From positions 5,048,545 through 5,112,544 of the forward strand of contig JAXGYF010000001.1 of the NCBI GenBank assembly GCA_040772385.1: a stretch of DNA of 64,000 bases, given 5' to 3'. The translations under genes and the position numbers were made by a program. Origin of the DNA: Candidatus Vecturithrix sp. (GTDB lineage: Bacteria > Moduliflexota > Moduliflexia > Moduliflexales > Moduliflexaceae). This document shows, one piece after another, positions 38,850 through 47,556 of the stretch (the first letter of the stretch is position 1; each line of letters begins with the position of its first letter). The notes below the pieces were generated by a model. The model saw nothing but the letters and a program-made list of their open reading frames with translations. It was not told where the DNA came from and did not search any database.

Positions 38850-38924
38850 GCTGCGGCGGATGCACTGTTGTTTTTTCTAGGCGACACAAGTTTCGTCTCA
38901 GAAACAAGACGAGAGAGAGGTTCT

Positions 38925-39100
38925 GAAATGTTTCGTATATACGAAACAAGTTTATTATATGCGAAACATGTTGCGTATATAATAAACCGGAGCACATGGC
39001 TGGCGGAAAAGTTTCGTATATACGTAACTTTTTTTGTGTCGTATATACGTAACAAATTTCGTATATACGTAACATGTTACGTATATACGAAACGGTTTCG
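38925..39100. repeat. Array of ~6 copies of a perfect 16-bp palindrome TTTCGTATATACGAAA (variants GTTACGTATATACGTAAC, TGTCGTATATACGTAAC) within ~180 bp
   Basis: Copies at about 38931, 38962 (degenerate), 39011, 39037, 39056 and 39077, with irregular 5-15-bp spacing, lying immediately left of the IS91-like element end. Confidence 0.8.
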
Positions 39101-39266
39101 GCCGCAAGTACGCAGCCTAATTCCTGTTGAACAAAGCCGCAGGGCGGCAGAAGAGTTTCGTGCTCCTCCCCACCATTTTTCTCTTGCCATGATCTGAACA
39201 GGTGTCATCCTCCTCCATGATGTATTCATCCTGCGTATGAACCTCATTCATCATGGAGGAGATACG

Positions 39267-40133
39267 ATGACCGCTCTGAGACACCGTTTCATTGAAGACC
39301 TGCAATTGCAGGGGAAGTCCGACCGGACGCAACAGGCCTACGTCCGCGCCGTGCGGATGCTGGCCGACCACTTCCACACCCCGCCGGATCAGCTCACCGA
39401 CGAGCAGATTCGGCAGTATTTCCTGTACGTCAAGAACACTCGACACTGGTCGTTTTCGACCATGAAACAGGCCCTGTGCGCTATCAAGACCTTGTATACG
39501 CAGACGCTGCACCGGGACTGGGGCATTCTGGACGTGATTCGTCCGCCGACATCGCAGACGCTGCCCGATGTCCTGACCCACGACGAGGTGCAGCGGCTGC
39601 TTCAGGCGGTGCGTCTGCCGCACTATCGGCTGTGCTTGACCACGATCTACTCGTGCGGATTACGCCTGACCGAAGGCGCCCAACTCCGGGTCACGGACAT
39701 TGACAGTGCCCGGATGCTCGTGCATGTGCGCCACGGGAAAGGGGACAAAGACCGCTATGTGCCGTTACCCCAACGTACCCTGGAGCTGCTGCGCCAGTAT
39801 TGGCTGACGCACCGCCATCCGGTGTGGCTGTTTCCGGCTGGCGGCGCTGGGCCGGTGCAGCGCCAGCCTGCTTCCGCCCCTCTCTCCGTCAGCACGCTGC
39901 AAAAAGCCTGTCGTCTCGCGAAGCAGGAGGCCGGGATCACCAAAACCGTCTCGGTCCACAGTCTGCGCCATGCCTATGCCACCCATCTGCTGGAAGCCGG
40001 CGTGAGCCTGCGCATGATTCAAGCCTATCTCGGACATACCTCTCCCCAGACCACGGCTCGTTACACGCATCTGACCTCCCAGGCGCAGACCAGCGCGGGC
40101 GTCGTCATTGACACCCTGATGCAGGATCTCTAA
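39267..40133 (+). CDS. Tyrosine recombinase (phage-integrase family) encoded upstream of the IS91-family transposase
   Basis: C-terminal catalytic region HSLRHAYATHLLEAGVSLRMIQAYLGHTSPQTTARYTHL. Such upstream recombinase genes occur in a subset of IS91-family members. Confidence 0.8.
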   Translation: MTALRHRFIEDLQLQGKSDRTQQAYVRAVRMLADHFHTPPDQLTDEQIRQYFLYVKNTRHWSFSTMKQALCAIKTLYTQTLHRDWGILDVIRPPTSQTLPDVLTHDEVQRLLQAVRLPHYRLCLTTIYSCGLRLTEGAQLRVTDIDSARMLVHVRHGKGDKDRYVPLPQRTLELLRQYWLTHRHPVWLFPAGGAGPVQRQPASAPLSVSTLQKACRLAKQEAGITKTVSVHSLRHAYATHLLEAGVSLRMIQAYLGHTSPQTTARYTHLTSQAQTSAGVVIDTLMQDL

Positions 40134-40154
40134 GCCCCTCATCGGAGGCCCGAG

Positions 40155-41291
40155 ATGCTGGAATTGGCTGACATCTTCCAGGCCTACGGTCCCGCGTATG
40201 AGGCGAAATACGGCGACCGCATGCCGCCCAGCCATCACGACGCGCTGTGGGACATCGCCCACTGCCGCACGCCCCTGATGGGGGGCGAGGTGTTCTGGTG
40301 TGCCCAGTGCCAGGACTTTGTCTACAGTTATCATTCCTGCGGCAACCGCCATTGTCCCAAATGCGGCGGTGACCGGGCCGACGCCTGGCGCGACGCCCAA
40401 CTCAAGAAGCTGCTCCCCGTGCCGTATTTTCTCGTGACGTTCACTCTGCCCCATTCCCTCAACGCCATCGCCCGTTCCCATCAACACGTGATCGATGACC
40501 TGCTCTTCAAAACGTCCGCGGATGCACTCCACACGCTCGCCTTGAATCCGGAGTGGCTCGGCGGCACGATTGGCATGGTGGGCGTCCTCCACACCTGGGA
40601 TCGGGCGATGGGCTATCACGTGCATGTCCATTATCTTGTGCCGGCCGGGGGGATCGATCCGGGCACCGGGGCCTGGATCCCCTCCCATCCGAAATTTCTC
40701 GTGCCCGCCTCGGCCCTGCGCGAGGTCTTCCGGGCCAAATTTCGCGACGCCCTGTACGCCGCCGATTCAGCCCTCTTCGCCCAGGTCCCGCCGGAGACCT
40801 GGAGCAAACAGTGGGTCGTGCACTGCAAGGCCGTCGGAGACGGACGCACGGCCCTGAAATACCTGGCCCCCTACGTCGCCCGCGTGGCCCTCTCGAATCG
40901 GCGACTGGTGACACTCGATGAGGGACAGGTCACGTTCCGCTATAAGCCCCACACGAGGCCCTGGACGACCATGACGCTCGACGTGATGAGCTTCATGCAG
41001 CGCTTCTTACAACACGTCCTGCCCAAAGGCTTCCAGAAAATCCGGTACACCGGCTTCCTGCACCCCAACGCCCGCACCATGTTCACGGCCCTACAAGCGC
41101 AGCTCGTCGCAGAGGCCGCCTCCGAGCGTCTGCCAGAGGTGCTGGCCGCCACGTTCGGCCTGGAGATCGGCAACGGGACGCCCAACGACGACCCGCCTGA
41201 CGACCCCCCGCGCGGTTGTCCGCACTGCGGTGGTCCGCTGGCCTTCGTCGGTCGCTTCCCTCGCGCCCCCCATCGACGAGGTCCTCCATGA
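40155..41291 (+). CDS. IS91-family transposase (N-terminal Zn-binding domain plus Y2 HUH transposase domain)
   Basis: CxxC...CxxC zinc-binding region (WCAQCQD...CGNRHCPKCG), an HUH-like HVHVHYLVP, and the catalytic Tyr region KYLAPYVARVALSNRRL. Confidence 0.8.
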   Translation: MLELADIFQAYGPAYEAKYGDRMPPSHHDALWDIAHCRTPLMGGEVFWCAQCQDFVYSYHSCGNRHCPKCGGDRADAWRDAQLKKLLPVPYFLVTFTLPHSLNAIARSHQHVIDDLLFKTSADALHTLALNPEWLGGTIGMVGVLHTWDRAMGYHVHVHYLVPAGGIDPGTGAWIPSHPKFLVPASALREVFRAKFRDALYAADSALFAQVPPETWSKQWVVHCKAVGDGRTALKYLAPYVARVALSNRRLVTLDEGQVTFRYKPHTRPWTTMTLDVMSFMQRFLQHVLPKGFQKIRYTGFLHPNARTMFTALQAQLVAEAASERLPEVLAATFGLEIGNGTPNDDPPDDPPRGCPHCGGPLAFVGRFPRAPHRRGPP

Positions 41292-41708
41292 CACGACGAA
41301 TACAACAGCGGACGATTGCCCCACCACGACGGGTTCGGAAAGTCTCCATTTTTCGGCGCACCGTCCCCGTCTGCCCATCGCCCAATGATCGCCTCATCTC
41401 TGTCCGATCACCAGGTGTTCACGGCCTCAACCTTCCATCATGGAGGTACTTGTCGCGAACAACGAAGAGGCATCTTCCCCCATCTGTGCCCCGCACACCG
41501 TCTCCACACTCACGTCATTTCGGAGCAAAATCCAAATAAGACCTTCTGAGAATTTTTTCCTTGACATGATGGGAAATCGCCCCCATATAACGAGGGGTGG
41601 GCTTGTTCAACAGAGATTATGTGCCGGATACTCGTCACATGAATCTTTAATCCGTTAGAACCTCCTTATAATAAGAGAAATTTACTCAATAAATCATAAG
41701 ATTATGTT

Positions 41709-44114
41709 ATGAATATACCACCAAGATTACAACATAGAATTGTTGATTTTCTTATATCTCTTCCGAGTATTCATGATAATAATAGTCAACGATCATTAAT
41801 CTACCAAGCCGGTCTAGATACAGAGTTACAAGGTCAGATTTCATTTGATAAACCAGCTATGCAGTTTGCCCTCTTCCTTGTGTCAACCTTAATAAAATAT
41901 GGTAAACTTAGTGATGGGCGATACGCTATTGAAGCTATTTTGGAGGCAGCAAAGAATTTTGTAGGACAAGATAGGAAAATATATTGTGAAACATTGATAA
42001 ATGAACTGCATGATTATACAATTGAAAAAGCTGATACACCATTATCAGATGATATCCCATTTTTAAAAAAGAGAAATTCTATAGTAGATGCTAAATACGA
42101 TCCCAAATTAGTCACAGAAATAAGGATAACTCCACCTGACTTGACTAATCAACAACAGTTACAAAATACTGGTGATAATTCTTTTGAGATAGATGCTTTT
42201 AAATCAAAGCTCTTAGATTATGAATTGAGTCAGTTAGGCTTACCTTCCTTGATTTTCCATCGGAACAATTTAGAAAGTGAGGGATTGCAGCTTATTCGTG
42301 AGGGTATTCTGCCTGTCATTTTGATTCAAGGTCTCCCTGGCTATGGAAAGACTGTATTGCTTGGTGAACTTGCCAAAAAGATTGGCCATGAATTTCAATA
42401 TACTTTGGTGTTAAATTTTTCTGGTCCAGCTTCTATAGAACCTTCTTATGTCATCGAAGAAATAAATACATTTCTCAATAAACTTGGCCGTGGTATTGAT
42501 ACAGAAATACTCAGAAAACAGAGTACTCAACGCTCTCTTCAAATTCTTATTCCTCAGATGATGGATCTACATCTTCTTCTACTTTTAGACGCAGTAGATG
42601 GTGTACCTCCTGGACAAATTGAAACATTTTTGCAATTCTTAACGGCAACCCCTAAAAATCGACTCATTATGACCGCTCGTTATAGAATCGTAAATAGGTC
42701 GAATGCTCATATATTACATGTGCCTCCATTATCGAACAAAGAAACTGCCGATTTTGTTGAACAGTATACTAAATCAATGAAGATCGGGGTTAATATAAAG
42801 GATTTATTGGAAAAACTCCCCAACAACATTAAAGAACATCCTCAAGCATTAAGCATGATTTTAGCAAATTTAGTTGATATTCCATTTGAACTTTTAGTAA
42901 TGCAAAGCTTCCATGACGATACATTAATCCTTCAACAGTTGGCTAAAAACATCCTTCTTGCTATAGATAAGGAAGTGTTGACTTGTTTAGTATTTATGAT
43001 AGTATTAGATGATCTTGACTTTATGGATACCCTTAAAATTTTAGAAATAAATCCTCCTAAAGGTCTGGTGAATTCTATTAATCTGTTATTGGAAAAGTCT
43101 TTGATTTATCGCCATGAAAATTCTTATCGTGTGCCTTCAATTATACATGAAGGGGTATTAAATTTAATTCCTGATATTGCAGAGACTATTCTAAATCAAA
43201 TAGGTTATATCTTAGAATTAAAAATCAACAGAATGCATTTACAAAGGGTATCAGATCATTTTGATAATCTTATTCCCATAGTTGTTACTATTATTCATCA
43301 TTTTTATCAAATGCGATCTTATGAATGGGTAACTAAACTTGTTATTGATGAATTCTTAGAATTTATCAATATGCGGGGTTTTTGGAAAGAATATTGGCTC
43401 ATTTTACGAATATCTTTTGATGCTGCAAAAAGAATAAACCAATTAAATATCTTTTCCAAAATAGGGTTTAGGATTGCTCGTAAATCTTTACAAATCCACG
43501 ATATTGATACTGGGAGTCAGGTATTAAGTGATGTGGAACGAGTTATTGGTGTTGATGGTAATACAATGGAGCATGCAGAATTTTGGAGTCATAAAGCTCT
43601 TTTCACCGAATTAACTGGATATACGGAGAATGCCAAAGAAGAACTACTGAAAAGTCTCCAAATTCGAGAATCGCTCTATGATGCTGAAGGTATTGCTGTT
43701 ATCCAAAAACTTTTAGGTAATATTCATTTGCGTTTAAAAGAATCAGATATAGCACGTCAATATTATGAGTCAGCATTGATATCTATCAATGAAAATACTT
43801 CCCAATTCAAACATATTATCGAAGTGGAAACGAGTCTCGCTTTGTGTGATCTGATAGATAATAAATTGGAATCGGCTGAATCCACACTTAGAAAAGTTAT
43901 TCAAAATTGTAAGAGTAAAGGCTATTTAGCTGGACTATCAAGAGCTTACTACAATTTGGCTTTAGTACTTGATCGTCAAAAACGTGTTGCTGAAGCTTTT
44001 TATTATGCTGAAATTGCTTCTAAGGAAGCTTTAAAAACAGATAAAGATATTATACTCGGTTCAGGAATACTTATGTGGCGATTAAAAAATTTAAAAGGAA
44101 CCTCTTGTAAATAA
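41709..44114 (+). CDS. STAND-class NTPase (NB-ARC-like P-loop) with an N-terminal alpha-helical adaptor/effector-associated-like domain and C-terminal TPR-like repeats
   Basis: Walker A LIQGLPGYGKTVLLGELAKK, Walker B HLLLLLDAVDG, a helical C-terminal half with TPR-like periodicity, and a 100-aa N-terminal helical domain. AT-rich at ~36% GC. Confidence 0.65.
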   Translation: MNIPPRLQHRIVDFLISLPSIHDNNSQRSLIYQAGLDTELQGQISFDKPAMQFALFLVSTLIKYGKLSDGRYAIEAILEAAKNFVGQDRKIYCETLINELHDYTIEKADTPLSDDIPFLKKRNSIVDAKYDPKLVTEIRITPPDLTNQQQLQNTGDNSFEIDAFKSKLLDYELSQLGLPSLIFHRNNLESEGLQLIREGILPVILIQGLPGYGKTVLLGELAKKIGHEFQYTLVLNFSGPASIEPSYVIEEINTFLNKLGRGIDTEILRKQSTQRSLQILIPQMMDLHLLLLLDAVDGVPPGQIETFLQFLTATPKNRLIMTARYRIVNRSNAHILHVPPLSNKETADFVEQYTKSMKIGVNIKDLLEKLPNNIKEHPQALSMILANLVDIPFELLVMQSFHDDTLILQQLAKNILLAIDKEVLTCLVFMIVLDDLDFMDTLKILEINPPKGLVNSINLLLEKSLIYRHENSYRVPSIIHEGVLNLIPDIAETILNQIGYILELKINRMHLQRVSDHFDNLIPIVVTIIHHFYQMRSYEWVTKLVIDEFLEFINMRGFWKEYWLILRISFDAAKRINQLNIFSKIGFRIARKSLQIHDIDTGSQVLSDVERVIGVDGNTMEHAEFWSHKALFTELTGYTENAKEELLKSLQIRESLYDAEGIAVIQKLLGNIHLRLKESDIARQYYESALISINENTSQFKHIIEVETSLALCDLIDNKLESAESTLRKVIQNCKSKGYLAGLSRAYYNLALVLDRQKRVAEAFYYAEIASKEALKTDKDIILGSGILMWRLKNLKGTSCK

Positions 44115-44123
44115 GGAGTATGT

Positions 44124-44342
44124 ATGTGGTTTCAAGAAAGTAGTGAGATTATCACTCGATTATTCAGTTTATCAATTTTGTACTATGAGGCTAGTGGTGA
44201 CGCTAATTGTAATTGGCGAGAATTGGACAAGCAACTCACAATAGAAAAAGAATTTCTTTTATCAAATGGTCATGATTTGATAGGAATAGATGCTATTTTT
44301 GAAGAAGTCAACATGATTATTGGGTTTATCCTAAGTAAATAA
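44124..44342 (+). CDS. Small hypothetical protein (72 aa) immediately downstream of the STAND NTPase
   Basis: An ORF tightly coupled to the STAND gene, starting 10 nt after its stop with a GGAG RBS. Confidence 0.35.
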   Translation: MWFQESSEIITRLFSLSILYYEASGDANCNWRELDKQLTIEKEFLLSNGHDLIGIDAIFEEVNMIIGFILSK

Positions 44343-44449
44343 ACTATAGCATTATTCATTCCCGTTGATCGTAACCCTGACAGGGTTCCAAACCCTGTCA
44401 GGGTTGTAAATGATCAATGTCGATGCATAATGCTATATTACGCTGAGAT

Positions 44450-46405
44450 ATGTGGAAAGAAGAGACGATAAATAAGCTTAAAATTCTTTTAGATGTTGCG
44501 AGAAGGGAGGTTCCTTATTATACAAGTATATTACCTCCAGTATCCATTCAATTACCGGATGATATTTTTGGTTACCTTAAAAATTTTCCTCTCCTTTCTC
44601 GTCAAATTTTGCAAACTCAAAAAGCACTATTATGTTCTTCACATGGAGATATATCTTCTTGGCGCAAAATACGAACCACAGGGACTACAGGTGAACCGGT
44701 AGAAGTTATTTTAAATAAAGAGACTTGGACACTTGAAAGTGAGTTGTTTGCCTCACATATAGATCGTTATTTACAACGCCTTGATTGGCATCAAAAAAAG
44801 ATATTTTATTTAAATCTACATCCTAGTGCAAGCTCCCGAACTCTTCCTTCTAAATGGCATGATGAAGCACAAATGATAAAATGGAATCTAATTCGAATTT
44901 GGCAATTATCTGATGAAAAATTTATGAATTCCATTGAATGCCTTAATGAAAGTATTATTACTACCATGGCTTCTGTCGTAGAACTCATTTGCTCTCGCAT
45001 ATTAAAATCAGGCATCATAAACAAAATTCATCCTTCCCTTATTGTTTTATCAGGAGAAACTATCCTTCCAGAGACAAGAATGCTTATAAACGAGGTGTTT
45101 AAATGTCCTGTTACCTCTCTCTATACAATGGCTGAGGTTGGAATTATTGGATCAGAACAAATAGATCCAAATGTTTATCAAGTAGAAGAATCTGCTGTAA
45201 TAGTAGAAATTGTTGACGAAAACGGTAATCGAGTTCCTCAAGGAATTGAAGGAGAGATTATTATTACCCCTTTAAACAATGTGGTAATGCCACTTATTCG
45301 GTATCGTACTGGAGATCGGGGTTATTGGGTTGACATTGATTCGTCTCCTCCAATTTTTAGATTAGTTGAGGCTCGCCGTTCCTATCACTTGATTACAGAA
45401 AATAATGCTTCGATGAACGTTGTTAGATTTACAAAGATGTTAGCTTCTCTCAATGTTGATCGTTATCGGATGGATCAGAAACAGGATGGGACTGTTATTT
45501 TCTCTTATTATTCTCAAAAGAGCGCATTTAGTGAAATGGACTATTCCCTTGTTAAATCAGTAATTCGTGGTGCCTTTGGTCCTGAAGTCAGGATAGAGTT
45601 TTATCAGGTTGAAGATCGTAACACTCTTAGTCAAGCTCCAGATCAGATTCAACCATCACGAGAATATATTACTTCTCCTAACGCGGAACCATTAGACCCG
45701 AGTTTAGTAAAATTAGCTTCTTGGCTTCGTCAACAATTATTTGATGAGATCCAGATAGATGCCGCTATTCTTACGGGCTCTGCCCTTGATCATAGGACAA
45801 CAACTCGTTTTAGCGATATTGACTTAGTAGTTTTAGTTCAGAATAATCCAATGGACTCTTATTGGATTAAGGTATCACGTAACCTTATATCTCATATTCC
45901 ACAGCTTTCCATAAATTTTGACTATATACGTGGTCTTTCATATCGCTCACCATTGCTTGCTTGTCGTTTATTATGTGAACAAATCCCAGTAATTGGTAAA
46001 GTAGATGAATATATTCTGCCATGGCCTAAACTGGAAAATTTACGACTTCAAGGATTATATTGGTCTCAAGATACTATCGGAACACTTTGGTTAAGGCTTG
46101 TAAATTTAAAAGTATTAAGTATGGATCCAATACGTGAGGCATGGATAGCTACAAAGCTTATTCTGGAGGCTCTTCGTTACCGTTATCTTGTTCGAAGTGA
46201 GCACGAGACATCATCTGTTTGCATATTAAATAAGCTAGAGAAAGATATTGAAATTCCGGATTTATGGAAAAGAGACTTATTTGACATGTTTAATGTTGCA
46301 AGAGAACATCTCCCTCCACCTCTCATTAATAGTAATATAGTTGAACATTATTTACAATTAGCTTTGTCATATATTCGTTTTATTCAGATTGACTTAATGC
46401 GATGA
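44450..46405 (+). CDS. Fusion protein: PaaK/F390-synthetase-like adenylate-forming enzyme (N-terminal ~430 aa) plus minimal Pol-beta-type nucleotidyltransferase domain (possibly followed by a HEPN-like helical region)
   Basis: ANL motifs IRTTGTTGEPVEV and IRYRTGDRGYW. A C-terminal GSALDHRTTTRFSDIDLVVLV minimal nucleotidyltransferase signature. The tail carries an RYLVRSEH R-x(4-6)-H-like motif. Confidence 0.6.
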   Translation: MWKEETINKLKILLDVARREVPYYTSILPPVSIQLPDDIFGYLKNFPLLSRQILQTQKALLCSSHGDISSWRKIRTTGTTGEPVEVILNKETWTLESELFASHIDRYLQRLDWHQKKIFYLNLHPSASSRTLPSKWHDEAQMIKWNLIRIWQLSDEKFMNSIECLNESIITTMASVVELICSRILKSGIINKIHPSLIVLSGETILPETRMLINEVFKCPVTSLYTMAEVGIIGSEQIDPNVYQVEESAVIVEIVDENGNRVPQGIEGEIIITPLNNVVMPLIRYRTGDRGYWVDIDSSPPIFRLVEARRSYHLITENNASMNVVRFTKMLASLNVDRYRMDQKQDGTVIFSYYSQKSAFSEMDYSLVKSVIRGAFGPEVRIEFYQVEDRNTLSQAPDQIQPSREYITSPNAEPLDPSLVKLASWLRQQLFDEIQIDAAILTGSALDHRTTTRFSDIDLVVLVQNNPMDSYWIKVSRNLISHIPQLSINFDYIRGLSYRSPLLACRLLCEQIPVIGKVDEYILPWPKLENLRLQGLYWSQDTIGTLWLRLVNLKVLSMDPIREAWIATKLILEALRYRYLVRSEHETSSVCILNKLEKDIEIPDLWKRDLFDMFNVAREHLPPPLINSNIVEHYLQLALSYIRFIQIDLMR

Positions 46406-46422
46406 GGTAAAGCAGAGAAAGG

Positions 46423-46534
46423 TTCTAACGATCTGCTTGCACCGGAGCGCAAAGGGCGGGCGGAAAAATGGGTTGCTGAATGTCGGGCTTGGGTGCCGCC
46501 CGCCCTTTCCGCCCGGTGAAGCAGGGCGTTCGGC
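46423..46534 (+). other. attC-like cassette recombination site (~110 bp): TTCTAAC ... GGGCGGGCGG ... CCGCCCGCCC ... GCAGGGCGTTCGGCG
   Basis: An imperfect inverted repeat with an RYYYAAC-like 5' end and a GTTCGGC 3' end. It sits immediately after the stop of the 44450-46405 gene. The same architecture recurs at 55512-55621, 59898-60008 and 61102-61215, and the 3' end alone matches at 63986-63992. Confidence 0.55.
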
Positions 46535-46564
46535 GTGTACGCTTTGTAGAAAAGGAACAAATCT

Positions 46565-47389
46565 ATGGATGCTAATAATGAAAAAATACAAGGCGAAGTT
46601 AAATGGTATGATCCTCATAAAGGATATGGGGTGCTTGTTGATGATAATCAAAATGAATATTTTATTCACCATACAAATCTAAGCTTTGAACAAAAACAAC
46701 TATTTGCCTTTGAGCGAGTCGCATTTCTCTTAAAACCACGACAACATGGTAAAGAAGGTCTTGAAGCATATGAGATAGATATACTCCCTCCATCCCCTGT
46801 CGAAGAAAACGATGAGCACTCGATTCGGGTTCAGGATATTCTACGCAAAATGCAAGGGTGGTTTAGAATGCGTGCTTCATTTCAACGAGAATATGCTGAA
46901 CAAAAAGCTAAATGGAATGTTTGGGATGATATGGCTGATGAATATATCGAATTTCAAGAACCATTGATACATATTCAGAATACATTTAATTTAGAAATGA
47001 TTCCTGCCCATCCTGACATAATCGCTAAAGCCTTTACTCCTGGGAATGATATGCCAGTTGGGGCGTTTACACGAGCAGTAGATATTGATGATTATGAAAG
47101 ACGTAGAGGAGTTTACGCCTGTATGGGAAATGATGAATTGATTCTTATTGTTCATGCGTTCTATAAAAGTCGTAAGACTCGCATAGATTGCTGGAGGGCT
47201 AAAATATTTCGTCGCAGAGATGGAAAGATTATCTCAATGCCTGATAAAGGAACATACACAGGACATTTCAAAAGAAATATCTGGAGAGAGCGGTTTGATT
47301 ATTTTTTACAGGATATTCAGCATATGATGGCAATAGCGACACGAAACAGAATGAGTACAAACGATATGGATATAAATGATCTTTTTTAA
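46565..47389 (+). CDS. Cold-shock-domain protein with a C-terminal extension of unknown function (274 aa)
   Basis: The N-terminal GEVKWYDPHKGYGVLVDDNQNEYFIHHTNL matches CspA-type RNP1/RNP2 motifs. The remaining ~200 aa are unassigned. Confidence 0.6.
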   Translation: MDANNEKIQGEVKWYDPHKGYGVLVDDNQNEYFIHHTNLSFEQKQLFAFERVAFLLKPRQHGKEGLEAYEIDILPPSPVEENDEHSIRVQDILRKMQGWFRMRASFQREYAEQKAKWNVWDDMADEYIEFQEPLIHIQNTFNLEMIPAHPDIIAKAFTPGNDMPVGAFTRAVDIDDYERRRGVYACMGNDELILIVHAFYKSRKTRIDCWRAKIFRRRDGKIISMPDKGTYTGHFKRNIWRERFDYFLQDIQHMMAIATRNRMSTNDMDINDLF

Positions 47390-47556
47390 GAATTTTGAAT
47401 TATGGATACTGCTCGCTTTATTATACGATGCAAAATATGTCCACCTGTGCAAAGCTAAATTTATAAAAATTTATAGACAAAGATCATCTGGGTATGAGAA
47501 TACGGTTGAGACGGGAAAATTGTCAAGAAGAATCCTAACGCCAGAGGAGGTCTCTC

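Larger units (their letters stand above)
39125..41658 (+). mobile_element. IS91-family insertion sequence, copy 1 (tyrosine recombinase gene plus HUH-Y2 rolling-circle transposase gene), ~62% GC
   Basis: The ends were defined by comparison with the second copy at 52275-54813 (~88% identical). The sequence immediately left is tGTTGAAC. The right end is ...CTTTAATCCGTTAG. Confidence 0.75.

Noticed and set aside
38925-39100. Palindrome array as a CRISPR or as canonical attC sites
   Set aside because: The units are perfect dyads of only 16 bp with 5-15-bp gaps, so there are no spacers. The palindrome ends do not match the RYYYAAC/GTTRRRY cores. It is kept as an unexplained operator or iteron-like array.
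40507-41397. Multiple 70-135-aa ORFs on both strands inside both IS91-family copies (also 53662-54452)
   Set aside because: These are overlapping ORFs in ~62% GC sequence, antisense or out of frame to the transposase gene, with Arg/Pro/Gly-rich translations. They are typical high-GC spurious ORFs.
44362-44402. Inverted repeat AACCCTGACAGGGTT-CCAA-ACCCTGTCAGGGTT as an attC site between the small ORF and the PaaK-MNT gene
   Set aside because: Neither end matches the RYYYAAC/GTTRRRY cores, and it is far shorter than the other sites. It is more simply a transcriptional terminator or attenuator within the module, and it argues that the STAND and PaaK-MNT genes may be separate transcription units.
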